20,000 nt of DNA. Source: an uncultured virus (IMG/VR IMGVR_UViG_3300045927_000049) (taxonomy: Duplodnaviria > Heunggongvirae > Uroviricota > Caudoviricetes). Within the stretch, counting starts at the first letter, position 1. Each line of letters starts with the position of its first letter. The notes below the pieces were generated by a model that made no database searches, was not told where the DNA came from, and was given only the letters and a program-made list of their open reading frames with translations. The position numbers and the translations under genes were made by a program. Location: the IMG/VR virus record IMGVR_UViG_3300045927_000049. The stretch is one strand, 5' to 3'. Shown here piece after piece: positions 1 through 6,675 of the stretch.

Positions 1-124
1 TCAAACAGATTTTTTTGGACGCAGTTATCCCTATAGCCCACTCTTTTCCCCTTCCCATATTTTCCCACCGTGTTTCCTTTTTTTTCGCTTCGCTACCGGT
101 TATCCCTTCCGGCACCCTCTTAAG

Positions 125-462
125 CCACGACCCCCCCTACCCCCCAGAGAACAGCGCGAAGTTTCCCGTCGCGCATTCTGGGGTTAAAGGGGGTGATTGC
201 CACGGGGTCGTCTTCCCCTCCGAACGTTTCCAGCGGCACCTCGTGTGAAGTCCTAAGTTCCACACAGTCGGATGGTTAACCCTGCGCCCACGGATCATGC
301 TGGCTACGAGTTGCACGTAGTCTCCCGTGAATGATCGATTGCCCAATCGACGGTGACCAACGACGGTCGTTCCCCTCGGTCTTGATCCCAAGGTTCGGTC
401 CCTATAGGCGGGACTGGCTATGCGTATGCGCCGGACGGAGGGGATTGGACCCTCTACACCGT
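125..462 (-). ncRNA. Candidate structured non-coding RNA (possible replication-primer or regulatory RNA)
   Basis: No credible CDS. Starts just downstream of a TTGACA-N18-AAAAAT promoter. Consecutive stems at 438-454, 398-414, 381-392, 335-350, 304-320 and 243-265, plus a three-helix hairpin at 133-193. The ends are estimates. Confidence 0.45.
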
Positions 463-468
463 AGCTTG

Positions 469-498
469 ATTTTTCACCCCTGCACGGAAGGCTGTCAA
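469..498 (-). promoter_or_regulatory. Sigma70-type promoter firing leftward into the non-coding region
   Basis: Perfect TTGACA at 498-493, 18-nt spacer, AAAAAT (4/6 match to -10) at 474-469, located just past the stop codon at 506. Predicted TSS about 462. Confidence 0.55.
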
Positions 499-505
499 CC
501 GATAG

Positions 506-832
506 TCAGCTTTCTTTCTGGTTGATCTTTTCCCTGAGAAGGCGACCGTACTTTTTGGCCAGCGAAATCGGCAGGCCAGCCAGCGTGGTCATCTGGTTGC
601 GCATGTCCTCGACATGCACGTTTGCCAAGTAACAGACGGTATCGAAGTCAGGGCTGGCCAGCCATGCAAAGACCTCATCCCTCGCCCGTGGGTCACCCTC
701 GTAGATGTCACGGACTGACTGGCCGATCACTCCCCTCCAGAGACGATACACGGATGACTGTTCGTGGTCGCTGTGGATCAACCAGCCCGGTGACTGTCTT
801 CTTACGGACCTGTCTATCGTTGACGTAGACAC
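506..832 (-). CDS. Conserved phage hypothetical protein (LWxxVIxQ...WL.SPDF..VC.LA type), about 108 aa
   Basis: C-terminal part of ORF 506..964. YRLWRGVIGQSVRD...AWLASPDFDTVCYLANV resembles a common small phage protein family. Proposed GTG start at 832 is uncertain and overlaps the RusA-like gene. Confidence 0.6.
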   Translation of the reverse strand: MSTSTIDRSVRRQSPGWLIHSDHEQSSVYRLWRGVIGQSVRDIYEGDPRARDEVFAWLASPDFDTVCYLANVHVEDMRNQMTTLAGLPISLAKKYGRLLREKINQKES

Positions 833-1130
833 GTCCTTGCAGGGCGTCGAGGATGAGGCTTTCATCAAGGTCAGGGCGTCGGCTCGTGTAGTAGATTTCG
901 AGTTCGACATGGACATCCCCAAGGAACATGGGATCAAGCGTCGGACACTGCATGGCGAACGCACTCAGGTAACCCAACGCCTCATCGCTTTTGATGAAAC
1001 GGACTTTGCCGTTGACGTGTACCAGTTTGCGGGAGTTCGCCTTGCTATGTGGCTGACCGAGGATCACCTTGGTCCATGGAACCTCACGCCCGAGAAGGTT
1101 CTGTTTTTTCCTTGCCTTGACATTCTTCAT
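708..1130 (-). CDS. rusA: RusA-family Holliday junction resolvase
   Basis: Motifs GQPHSKANSR, DVHVELEIYY-SRRPDLD, ILDALQGRVYVNDRQV and PRTVIRV match the RusA pattern. Start is ATG 1130 or GTG 1067. Confidence 0.85.
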   Translation of the reverse strand: MKNVKARKKQNLLGREVPWTKVILGQPHSKANSRKLVHVNGKVRFIKSDEALGYLSAFAMQCPTLDPMFLGDVHVELEIYYTSRRPDLDESLILDALQGRVYVNDRQVRKKTVTGLVDPQRPRTVIRVSSLEGSDRPVSP

Positions 1131-1197
1131 GGGTCTGATGCTATGAACTGTCGTGTTATCAAACCATGAGCCGGGAGAAATATCCACCAGTCCCGGC
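1117..1197 (+). promoter_or_regulatory. Possible rightward early promoter and leader hairpin
   Basis: TTGACA at 1117-1122 and TGcTATGAA extended -10-like element at 1139-1147 (long 19-nt spacer). 7-bp inverted repeat GCCGGGA/TCCCGGC at 1170-1197, in the divergent intergenic region. Confidence 0.35.
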
Positions 1198-1224
1198 GAT
1201 CAAATTTTCCAGCGGGGTAGGGCA

Positions 1225-2145
1225 GTGAAGTACACCAACAAATTCAATCTGCCGGACACCATTGTCCGCGCAGCCTATGTCAACAACGACAAGTACAACA
1301 AGGGCGACGTGCACCGGTCGGTGACACAACTGATCCAGCCGCCGCGCATCGACATGCTGCGCAAGGCGCACTTCGTGGATATGGAGAAAGATATTTCGGA
1401 GGAGTGGTGGGCGCTGTTCGGCTCCGCTGTCCACCACATTCTGGAGATGGGGGCTTCCACCCCAACGCTTGTCGAAGAGCGGCTGGCCTGTGAGATCGAT
1501 GGCTGGAAGGTGTCGGGGATGATCGACCTTCAGGAGATCACCATCGATGGTCTGGTCTTGTCCGACTACAAGGTGACCACCGCCTTCGCCCTGATGCAGG
1601 AGGAGGTCAAGCCGGAGTGGATCAACCAGTTGAACCTTCTCGCTTATCTGGTTCACTGCAACAAGCCGGAGTTCAGGATCGCGGCATTGCAGATCGTCGC
1701 CATCGTCCGCGACTGGCAGCGCACGCAGGCAGCGATGGATGCCATGTATCCGGTGGCTCCGGTGGTCAGGTTGAAGGTGCCGCTGTGGTCCGTCAAGCGA
1801 CAGGAGAATTACCTGCGCGAGCGGGTCAGGCTGCACCGCGAGACGGAGATGCTGCACGAGATCGGGGTGCCGCTGCCCTACTGCTCCGATGAGGAACGCT
1901 GGATGCGCGACAGCAAATGGGCGGTCATCAAGGAAGGGAGTAAGAAGGCGGCACGGGTGTTCTTCAACGAGGCCGAGGCCAAGGAACATCTCAAGGAAAG
2001 GAAGAATGGCTACAAGGTAGAGTTCCGTCCCGGCAAATCGGTCCGCTGTGACGGGGATTATTGCGGCGTAGCTAAGTGGTGTGAGCAGTGGCGGCACATG
2101 AAGGAGCATGACAATGATCAAGCGGAACAGGGTGGTGCCGGTTGA
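1225..2145 (+). CDS. PD-(D/E)XK nuclease, Cas4/RecB-like phage exonuclease
   Basis: FGSAVHHILE, VSGMIDL, DYKVT, QLNLLAYL, and a C-terminal Cys cluster (LPYC...RCDGDYCGVAKWC). Probable GTG start at 1225 after GGGGTAGGG. Confidence 0.85.
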   Translation: MKYTNKFNLPDTIVRAAYVNNDKYNKGDVHRSVTQLIQPPRIDMLRKAHFVDMEKDISEEWWALFGSAVHHILEMGASTPTLVEERLACEIDGWKVSGMIDLQEITIDGLVLSDYKVTTAFALMQEEVKPEWINQLNLLAYLVHCNKPEFRIAALQIVAIVRDWQRTQAAMDAMYPVAPVVRLKVPLWSVKRQENYLRERVRLHRETEMLHEIGVPLPYCSDEERWMRDSKWAVIKEGSKKAARVFFNEAEAKEHLKERKNGYKVEFRPGKSVRCDGDYCGVAKWCEQWRHMKEHDNDQAEQGGAG

Positions 2146-2326
2146 TAAAAACCGTGCGGTCATTTACGATGAGCGGGACTACGAGGCGACAGGCACAAGC
2201 TATCTTTCCCATACGGTCTACCTTTCAGAGGAACCGGCAGCGGTGGATACCGGACTGCTTGACGCCAGTGGCAACAAGATCATGCGTGATGCAGAAAAAC
2301 GAACCATCGGGTTCATAAAATTTTAG
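2108..2326 (+). CDS. Small hypothetical phage protein
   Basis: AAGGAG just upstream. Fills the gap between two operon genes. Ends TGLLDASG...IGF. Confidence 0.65.
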   Translation: MTMIKRNRVVPVDKNRAVIYDERDYEATGTSYLSHTVYLSEEPAAVDTGLLDASGNKIMRDAEKRTIGFIKF

Positions 2327-2334
2327 GAGAAACA

Positions 2335-3057
2335 ATGTCAGACGAACAGTTTGTCCAAGCCATGCAGGCACTGCATGAACTTGGAGATCAAGTGGCTGTC
2401 CCAATGAAGGGCGGCAAGTCCTACGTCATGGTCAAGGACCGCATCGAAATCTTCCGCAAGGAATTCGGTGATCGCTTCGGTATCAGGACTGAGGTTGATT
2501 ACAAGGAAGGCTTCGATCAGGGAGCGCCGGTCGTGGCGTCTGCCTTCATCCTCAACAGCGAGGGACTTGTGATCGCATCCGGATGGGCTGTCGAGTTCGT
2601 CGGCTCGACCAAACTGACCGATGCCTCGCCGGTCGAGGTGGCTGAGACGAGCGCGATAGGACGCGCCTTGGCCTGCTTCGGCCTGCATGGTGGAGAGTAC
2701 GCCTCACTGGATGAGATGCAGACCCACCAGAGGAAGGAAGAATTCCGCGCGGCACCACGCACTGTGGCCAAGCCAGCCAATGGCAACGGTCCCGACAGAC
2801 CAGTTGAGCAGAAGCCAATGCCAAGCAGATGGTACGTACCGACTGTCGATGACTGGGAAATCCAGCCCGACGAAGCGGCGCAGAATGTCATGGACGAGAT
2901 CGACCGCATCGATACCACCCATGAACTCGGCAAATACTGGGGTGAACTCAAGCCGTCGCTTGACACCCTCAAGAAATTTGCGGGAGCGCAGGACATTATC
3001 GCAGAGATCAAGGCCACGTTCGCAACGCGGCACAACACAGTGGGGTCAAGGAAATGA
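2335..3057 (+). CDS. Sak/Rad52-like single-strand annealing protein
   Basis: GKSYVMVKDRIEIFR and AETSAIGRALACFGLHGGEYASLDE motifs. AGGAGA RBS. Lies between the exonuclease and SSB genes. Confidence 0.75.
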   Translation: MSDEQFVQAMQALHELGDQVAVPMKGGKSYVMVKDRIEIFRKEFGDRFGIRTEVDYKEGFDQGAPVVASAFILNSEGLVIASGWAVEFVGSTKLTDASPVEVAETSAIGRALACFGLHGGEYASLDEMQTHQRKEEFRAAPRTVAKPANGNGPDRPVEQKPMPSRWYVPTVDDWEIQPDEAAQNVMDEIDRIDTTHELGKYWGELKPSLDTLKKFAGAQDIIAEIKATFATRHNTVGSRK

Positions 3058-3605
3058 GTGACTGGGGTAGAGCACGCAGCAATCGTGGCCGTGGAAACTA
3101 TGACGACAGGGATGATGACAGGCAGCAGCAGAGGTTCCCCAACAATGGCGGTCTGTTCCCGGTCAAGGATAAGCGTTCGGACAATTCGCCCGACATGAGC
3201 GGCACCATCCTGATTGCCGACGATGTGCTCGACTACATCGTGCGTGAGGCACAGAACGGCAACGAGGTGCTGATGGAACTGAAGGGCTGGCGGCGCATCT
3301 CGCGCAACAACACCAACTACGAGAGCATCGCCATCAACATCCCGTACAATGTCCGCATGGAAGAGGGCGGCAACCCCACCTACAGGTCACAGCGCGGTGG
3401 CGGCAGGCGTTACAGCCAGCCACAGAGACGCAGGGATGATGACCGTGGTGATCCGCAGGGCAACCGCTACTCGCAGCAAAGCGGTCGTGGCAGATACGAC
3501 GAACGCAACCCGCCGCCACGCAGGAATGATGACGACGAGTTCTCGCGTGGCGACCGGATGCCAGACTTTCTGCGCGACGATGACGATGATGCCCCACCGT
3601 TCTGA
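3054..3605 (+). CDS. Single-stranded DNA-binding protein (DUF736-like OB fold) with acidic tail
   Basis: GGLFPVKDKRSDNSPDMSGTI motif, LKGW strand, and DDDDDAPPF C-terminus typical of SSBs. ATGA overlap with the annealase gene. Confidence 0.75.
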   Translation: MSDWGRARSNRGRGNYDDRDDDRQQQRFPNNGGLFPVKDKRSDNSPDMSGTILIADDVLDYIVREAQNGNEVLMELKGWRRISRNNTNYESIAINIPYNVRMEEGGNPTYRSQRGGGRRYSQPQRRRDDDRGDPQGNRYSQQSGRGRYDERNPPPRRNDDDEFSRGDRMPDFLRDDDDDAPPF

Positions 3606-3954
3606 CCGGGAGTACCGGGTAGTTTACACACGGCGCAAGCGGAAGGAAGACCCGTTCCGTTTGCGTTCTTTCTCCTATCTCTACTTCATCCGTGGCAAGC
3701 CGTGCCTTCAGTGCGGCTCACCCGGTGAGGCCCACCACATCCAGTACGCACAGCCACGAGCACTGGGACGCAAGACCGGCGATCAGTACGCAGTTCCCTT
3801 GTGCCATCCCTGCCACATGAAACTGCACAACGATGGCATACCGGAGCGGACGTGGTGGGCCTTGCGTGGAATTGATCCAGTGAAATGGGCAGAGAGAAGC
3901 TACGAGGAATGGAGCAAGGAGCATGGCGTACACAACGACGACACCGGTTCTTAG
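3586..3954 (+). CDS. DUF968/HNH-like zinc-binding putative nuclease
   Basis: YLYFIRGKPCLQCG...EAHH...KTGDQYAVPLCHPCHMKLH. Real start is probably one of the ATGs at 3580-3589, not 3349. Confidence 0.75.
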   Translation: MMPHRSDREYRVVYTRRKRKEDPFRLRSFSYLYFIRGKPCLQCGSPGEAHHIQYAQPRALGRKTGDQYAVPLCHPCHMKLHNDGIPERTWWALRGIDPVKWAERSYEEWSKEHGVHNDDTGS

Positions 3955-4774
3955 TGCGACGGGGATCGCGCCGGTTCAGATCGGCAACCAGATATTCAAC
4001 GGGCCACCTATGTGGGCGGATGCACAGATAGCAATTGGTGACCCACGCAATGTCATCGTCGCCGGGAAGAAGCTGAAGGTACTGTCGAGGTTTGAGCAGG
4101 GCAGGAACCGGCTTCAGCGCAATTTCGGTGAGGAGAAGCAAGGCATCGACTGGTACTACGAAGCGGTGCCGGTCGAGGAAGTGATCGATGCGCTTGGCTG
4201 GTGGAACCCGATGCAGTCCGGTCGCCCCAAGCTGTATGCCCAGAAGCTGCTCGACGGTCTGCCGTCTCCGTGTCCCGGCAAGGGGTTTCGCTGGAAGGCG
4301 TGTGGCCTGATGCTCTTCACGCCGCCGGAAGTCGGACGGCACCGCTCCAAGAACCGCACCTCATCGGCAGGGTTGGCCCTGCTCAAGCACTGGGCTGAGA
4401 GCCGCCCGAAGTTCCGCCCGTTCTTCAATGCTTACTACAGTGAGAAGGCAGAGCGTGAGATCACCCTGATCTGCGTGGACCTTGCGCTGGGTGTGATGCC
4501 CGCTGCTTGGAAGCAGATCATGGAGCGCAACAAGCTGGTGGTTGAGGTGAAGTCGGAACAGATCAGGAAGAGCATGCACGCACAGGCACAGGCCAACCAG
4601 ACCTACAGTCAGGGAATTCAGTCAAACATGCTGGCGCAGCAGGCGATGCTGGCGCAGCAGGCCAACAGCATCAGTAACCAACTGTATGGAATGGGTCAGT
4701 CGGCAAGTCAGATTGGTCAGGGTCTTTTGGGAAATCTGTTTGGGGGAGGATTGAACATCAATGCAAGACGATGA
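3923..4774 (+). CDS. Hypothetical protein with Q/G-rich C-terminal tail
   Basis: AAGGAG RBS, 283-aa ORF coupled to its neighbours. No family recognised. Confidence 0.75.
   Translation: MAYTTTTPVLSATGIAPVQIGNQIFNGPPMWADAQIAIGDPRNVIVAGKKLKVLSRFEQGRNRLQRNFGEEKQGIDWYYEAVPVEEVIDALGWWNPMQSGRPKLYAQKLLDGLPSPCPGKGFRWKACGLMLFTPPEVGRHRSKNRTSSAGLALLKHWAESRPKFRPFFNAYYSEKAEREITLICVDLALGVMPAAWKQIMERNKLVVEVKSEQIRKSMHAQAQANQTYSQGIQSNMLAQQAMLAQQANSISNQLYGMGQSASQIGQGLLGNLFGGGLNINARR
4628..4662 (+). repeat. In-frame tandem duplication with 18-nt period (MLAQQA x2)
   Basis: atgctggcgcagcaggc at 4628-4644 and 4646-4662. Confidence 0.85.
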
Positions 4775-5228
4775 GGAAAGAGAAATCGAATTGCTGTCCT
4801 CGAAATTCGAGGCAGTGAAGATCGCCATGAACCAAGACAAGACGGGGTTCATCCTCAAGCTGTCGGTCCACCCGAACGATGCTCCGGAAGACATCATGCG
4901 TGATCCGGTTGGCACCCGCTATCTGGTGGTGGCTGTACGGATTGGCGATGAGGGTGAGGCGATTGCCTCACCTTCTCTTCGTGATGGGATCGTGGCGGTT
5001 AATCTGGCGGGACAGCTTGCACGGGACAGCCGCTTTCAGACATGGCTGGTGCAGCAGGAATTATCGGACGTGATCTCCGAAGCCGCAGCCGCAGATGCCA
5101 TCCGTACTCATTGCGGCGTGGTGTCACGTTCTGACCTTAAGACCAATGTGGCTGCACGCCGCCGGTTCCTTGCCCTGCGCGACGAATTCGCCAATGATCT
5201 GCGCCGTGGCACCGTACCAAAGGGGTAG
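4761..5228 (+). CDS. Conserved phage hypothetical protein
   Basis: GGAGGA RBS. FEAVKIAMNQDKTGFILKLSVHPND...GTRY and CGVVSRSDL resemble a recurrent phage protein. Function unknown. Confidence 0.75.
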   Translation: MQDDEEREIELLSSKFEAVKIAMNQDKTGFILKLSVHPNDAPEDIMRDPVGTRYLVVAVRIGDEGEAIASPSLRDGIVAVNLAGQLARDSRFQTWLVQQELSDVISEAAAADAIRTHCGVVSRSDLKTNVAARRRFLALRDEFANDLRRGTVPKG

Positions 5229-5231
5229 ATT

Positions 5232-6077
5232 ATGGAAGAATATGAGTGGGCAATGAGCAGTTATGTGAGGTCGAAGAAGTTCGAAAAGCTTTCTCCGAAC
5301 TCCAAGAGAATATACAGCGACGGCATCGATACTCTGGCACCGTACTTCAGCGGTGTCCTGTTGAAGGATATCGACAGGCCGATGGTGATCGCGTTCCGTG
5401 ACGCACACTACGATCAACCGGGCAAGTGCCGGGTGGCGATCAATGTCCTGAAGAACATCCTTCAACACGCTTATGACAAAGGCTGGGTGACCGGCAATGT
5501 CGCCATGAACCTGCGCGACATGCCGCCGTCCAAGGAGATCGAACGCTGGCAGGAGGATGAGATCGACAGGTTCTGTTCGACCGCACCCTTCCACATCAGG
5601 GATGCCATGATGCTGGCGCTCTACACGGGGCAGCGACGTTCCGATCTGGTGCGCATGTGCTGGTCCGACATCAATGAGGAGAGCGGGTTGCTTTATGTGA
5701 AGCAGCGCAAGACGGGCGTCGAGCTGTGGATACCCATCCATCCCAAGCTGCGCCGTCATCTCGACGGGATGCAGAAACGCAAGAGCGTGCGAACGGTCTT
5801 CGCCCAGAACCACATCCTGACAAACCATTATGGGATGCCGTGGGTGCCTGAAAGTTTGCGTGCGGCTTTCAAGCGTCACTGTGCCAAGATCGGTCTGACG
5901 GGAAAGCAGTTGCATGGTGTGCGTAAGACTACCGCGTCGATCCTTGGCGAACTTGGTTGCACCGCACTCCAGATCATGGCGATCACCGGTCACCAGTCCC
6001 TCAAGGAGGTCCAGCGTTACACGGTGGGTGCAGAGAAGAGGCGATTGGCAGAGGAGGCCATGGCGAAATGGCAATGA
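5232..6077 (+). CDS. Tyrosine recombinase/integrase (core-binding + catalytic domains only)
   Basis: Complete catalytic set: YTGQRRSD (R), QRKTG (K), HGVR (HxxR), ITGH (H), VQRY (Y). 281 aa. Confidence 0.92.
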   Translation: MEEYEWAMSSYVRSKKFEKLSPNSKRIYSDGIDTLAPYFSGVLLKDIDRPMVIAFRDAHYDQPGKCRVAINVLKNILQHAYDKGWVTGNVAMNLRDMPPSKEIERWQEDEIDRFCSTAPFHIRDAMMLALYTGQRRSDLVRMCWSDINEESGLLYVKQRKTGVELWIPIHPKLRRHLDGMQKRKSVRTVFAQNHILTNHYGMPWVPESLRAAFKRHCAKIGLTGKQLHGVRKTTASILGELGCTALQIMAITGHQSLKEVQRYTVGAEKRRLAEEAMAKWQ

Positions 6078-6259
6078 ATGTAACGCTGAGAACCAAGAAT
6101 GGGGGAGAGGTGATGACCAAAGACCTTGGTGGTCTTCCCGCCTTTCCTGAAATCATTAACCGGGGTGGGAAACTCTATGTCCTGAGACGGGTTACGCCAG
6201 ACAAGGAGAACGCCTTCTATCATGAGGCGAATGTCTTGGACATGGAAGAGGGGGAATAG
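6074..6259 (+). CDS. Small hypothetical protein (61 aa)
   Basis: ATGA overlap with the recombinase stop. C-terminal part of ORF 5957..6259. Confidence 0.6.
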   Translation: MNVTLRTKNGGEVMTKDLGGLPAFPEIINRGGKLYVLRRVTPDKENAFYHEANVLDMEEGE

Positions 6260-6616
6260 ATGGGGGAGGTTGTCGAACTTAACAATTACAAGGACATGAC
6301 CCCACGCTTCTCGCTTGAGGCAACGATGGACGAGGAAGGATCATGGCGTGTGGCCATTACCGATTTCTATGACGACAGGATGGATACCCATGCTGTCTAC
6401 CGGGAGATCGCGGAGGCGCTGATCCCGATAGCCGGGGGTATGGTCCACAGTGCCGAAGACCTTGAGCCGACGAAGAATGGCTGCATCATGACCAGCATCC
6501 TGCTCTTCCAAGGCGGGCACATCGACTTCCGCTCCCATCCTCTGGACACCAAGGAAAGGAAGGATTGGGTTTGCTCTGCCCTCGACCGCATCAAGCGCAA
6601 CGTGCGCAAGGGTTGA
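6260..6616 (+). CDS. Hypothetical protein
   Basis: GAGGGGG RBS. 118-aa ORF directly after the previous stop. Confidence 0.7.
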   Translation: MGEVVELNNYKDMTPRFSLEATMDEEGSWRVAITDFYDDRMDTHAVYREIAEALIPIAGGMVHSAEDLEPTKNGCIMTSILLFQGGHIDFRSHPLDTKERKDWVCSALDRIKRNVRKG

Positions 6617-6648
6617 TAAATGACCGTGAAGTACGATATAAATCGTGC
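6613..6648 (+). promoter_or_regulatory. Putative promoter with overlapping operator-like inverted repeat
   Basis: TTGATA (6613-6618)-N18-TATAAA (6637-6642). Inverted repeat ACGAT-ATAA-ATCGT at 6633-6646 covers the -10, upstream of the HTH gene. Confidence 0.4.
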
Positions 6649-6675
6649 GGGCATAATGGAACAGGGCGAACCAGT

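Noticed and set aside
24..107. GTTATCCCT repeats as DnaA boxes or an I-SceI site
   Set aside because: Only 6-7 of 9 positions match TTATCCACA, and only about 10 of 18 nt of the I-SceI site match. Kept only as an unexplained direct repeat.
438..454. T-arm-like hairpin suggesting a tRNA or attP tRNA fragment
   Set aside because: The loop is UCCAAUC rather than UUCRANY, and no acceptor, D or anticodon arms can be built around it.
15..525. Short ORFs 15..248 (+), 137..391 (-) and 331..525 (+)
   Set aside because: Non-ATG or weak starts, no clear RBS, composition driven by homopolymer runs, and no recognisable motifs. The region is better explained as structured non-coding sequence.
705..1169. 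154-aa plus-strand ORF
   Set aside because: In-register antisense shadow of the RusA-like gene.
1225..2145. Cas4-like gene as evidence of a CRISPR system
   Set aside because: There is no repeat-spacer array or other cas gene. Solo Cas4-like nucleases are common in phage recombination modules.
5226..6262. TAG stops followed in frame by the next gene (5226-5234 and 6257-6262), suggesting amber readthrough or recoding
   Set aside because: Both downstream genes have their own ATG and a purine-rich RBS, and the 7.7-kb gene and other long genes contain no in-frame TAG, so there is no sign of recoding.
6637..6665. TAATGGAAC resembling the XerD arm of an alphaproteobacterial dif site
   Set aside because: There is no matching XerC arm at the 6-bp spacing, so the match is too partial.
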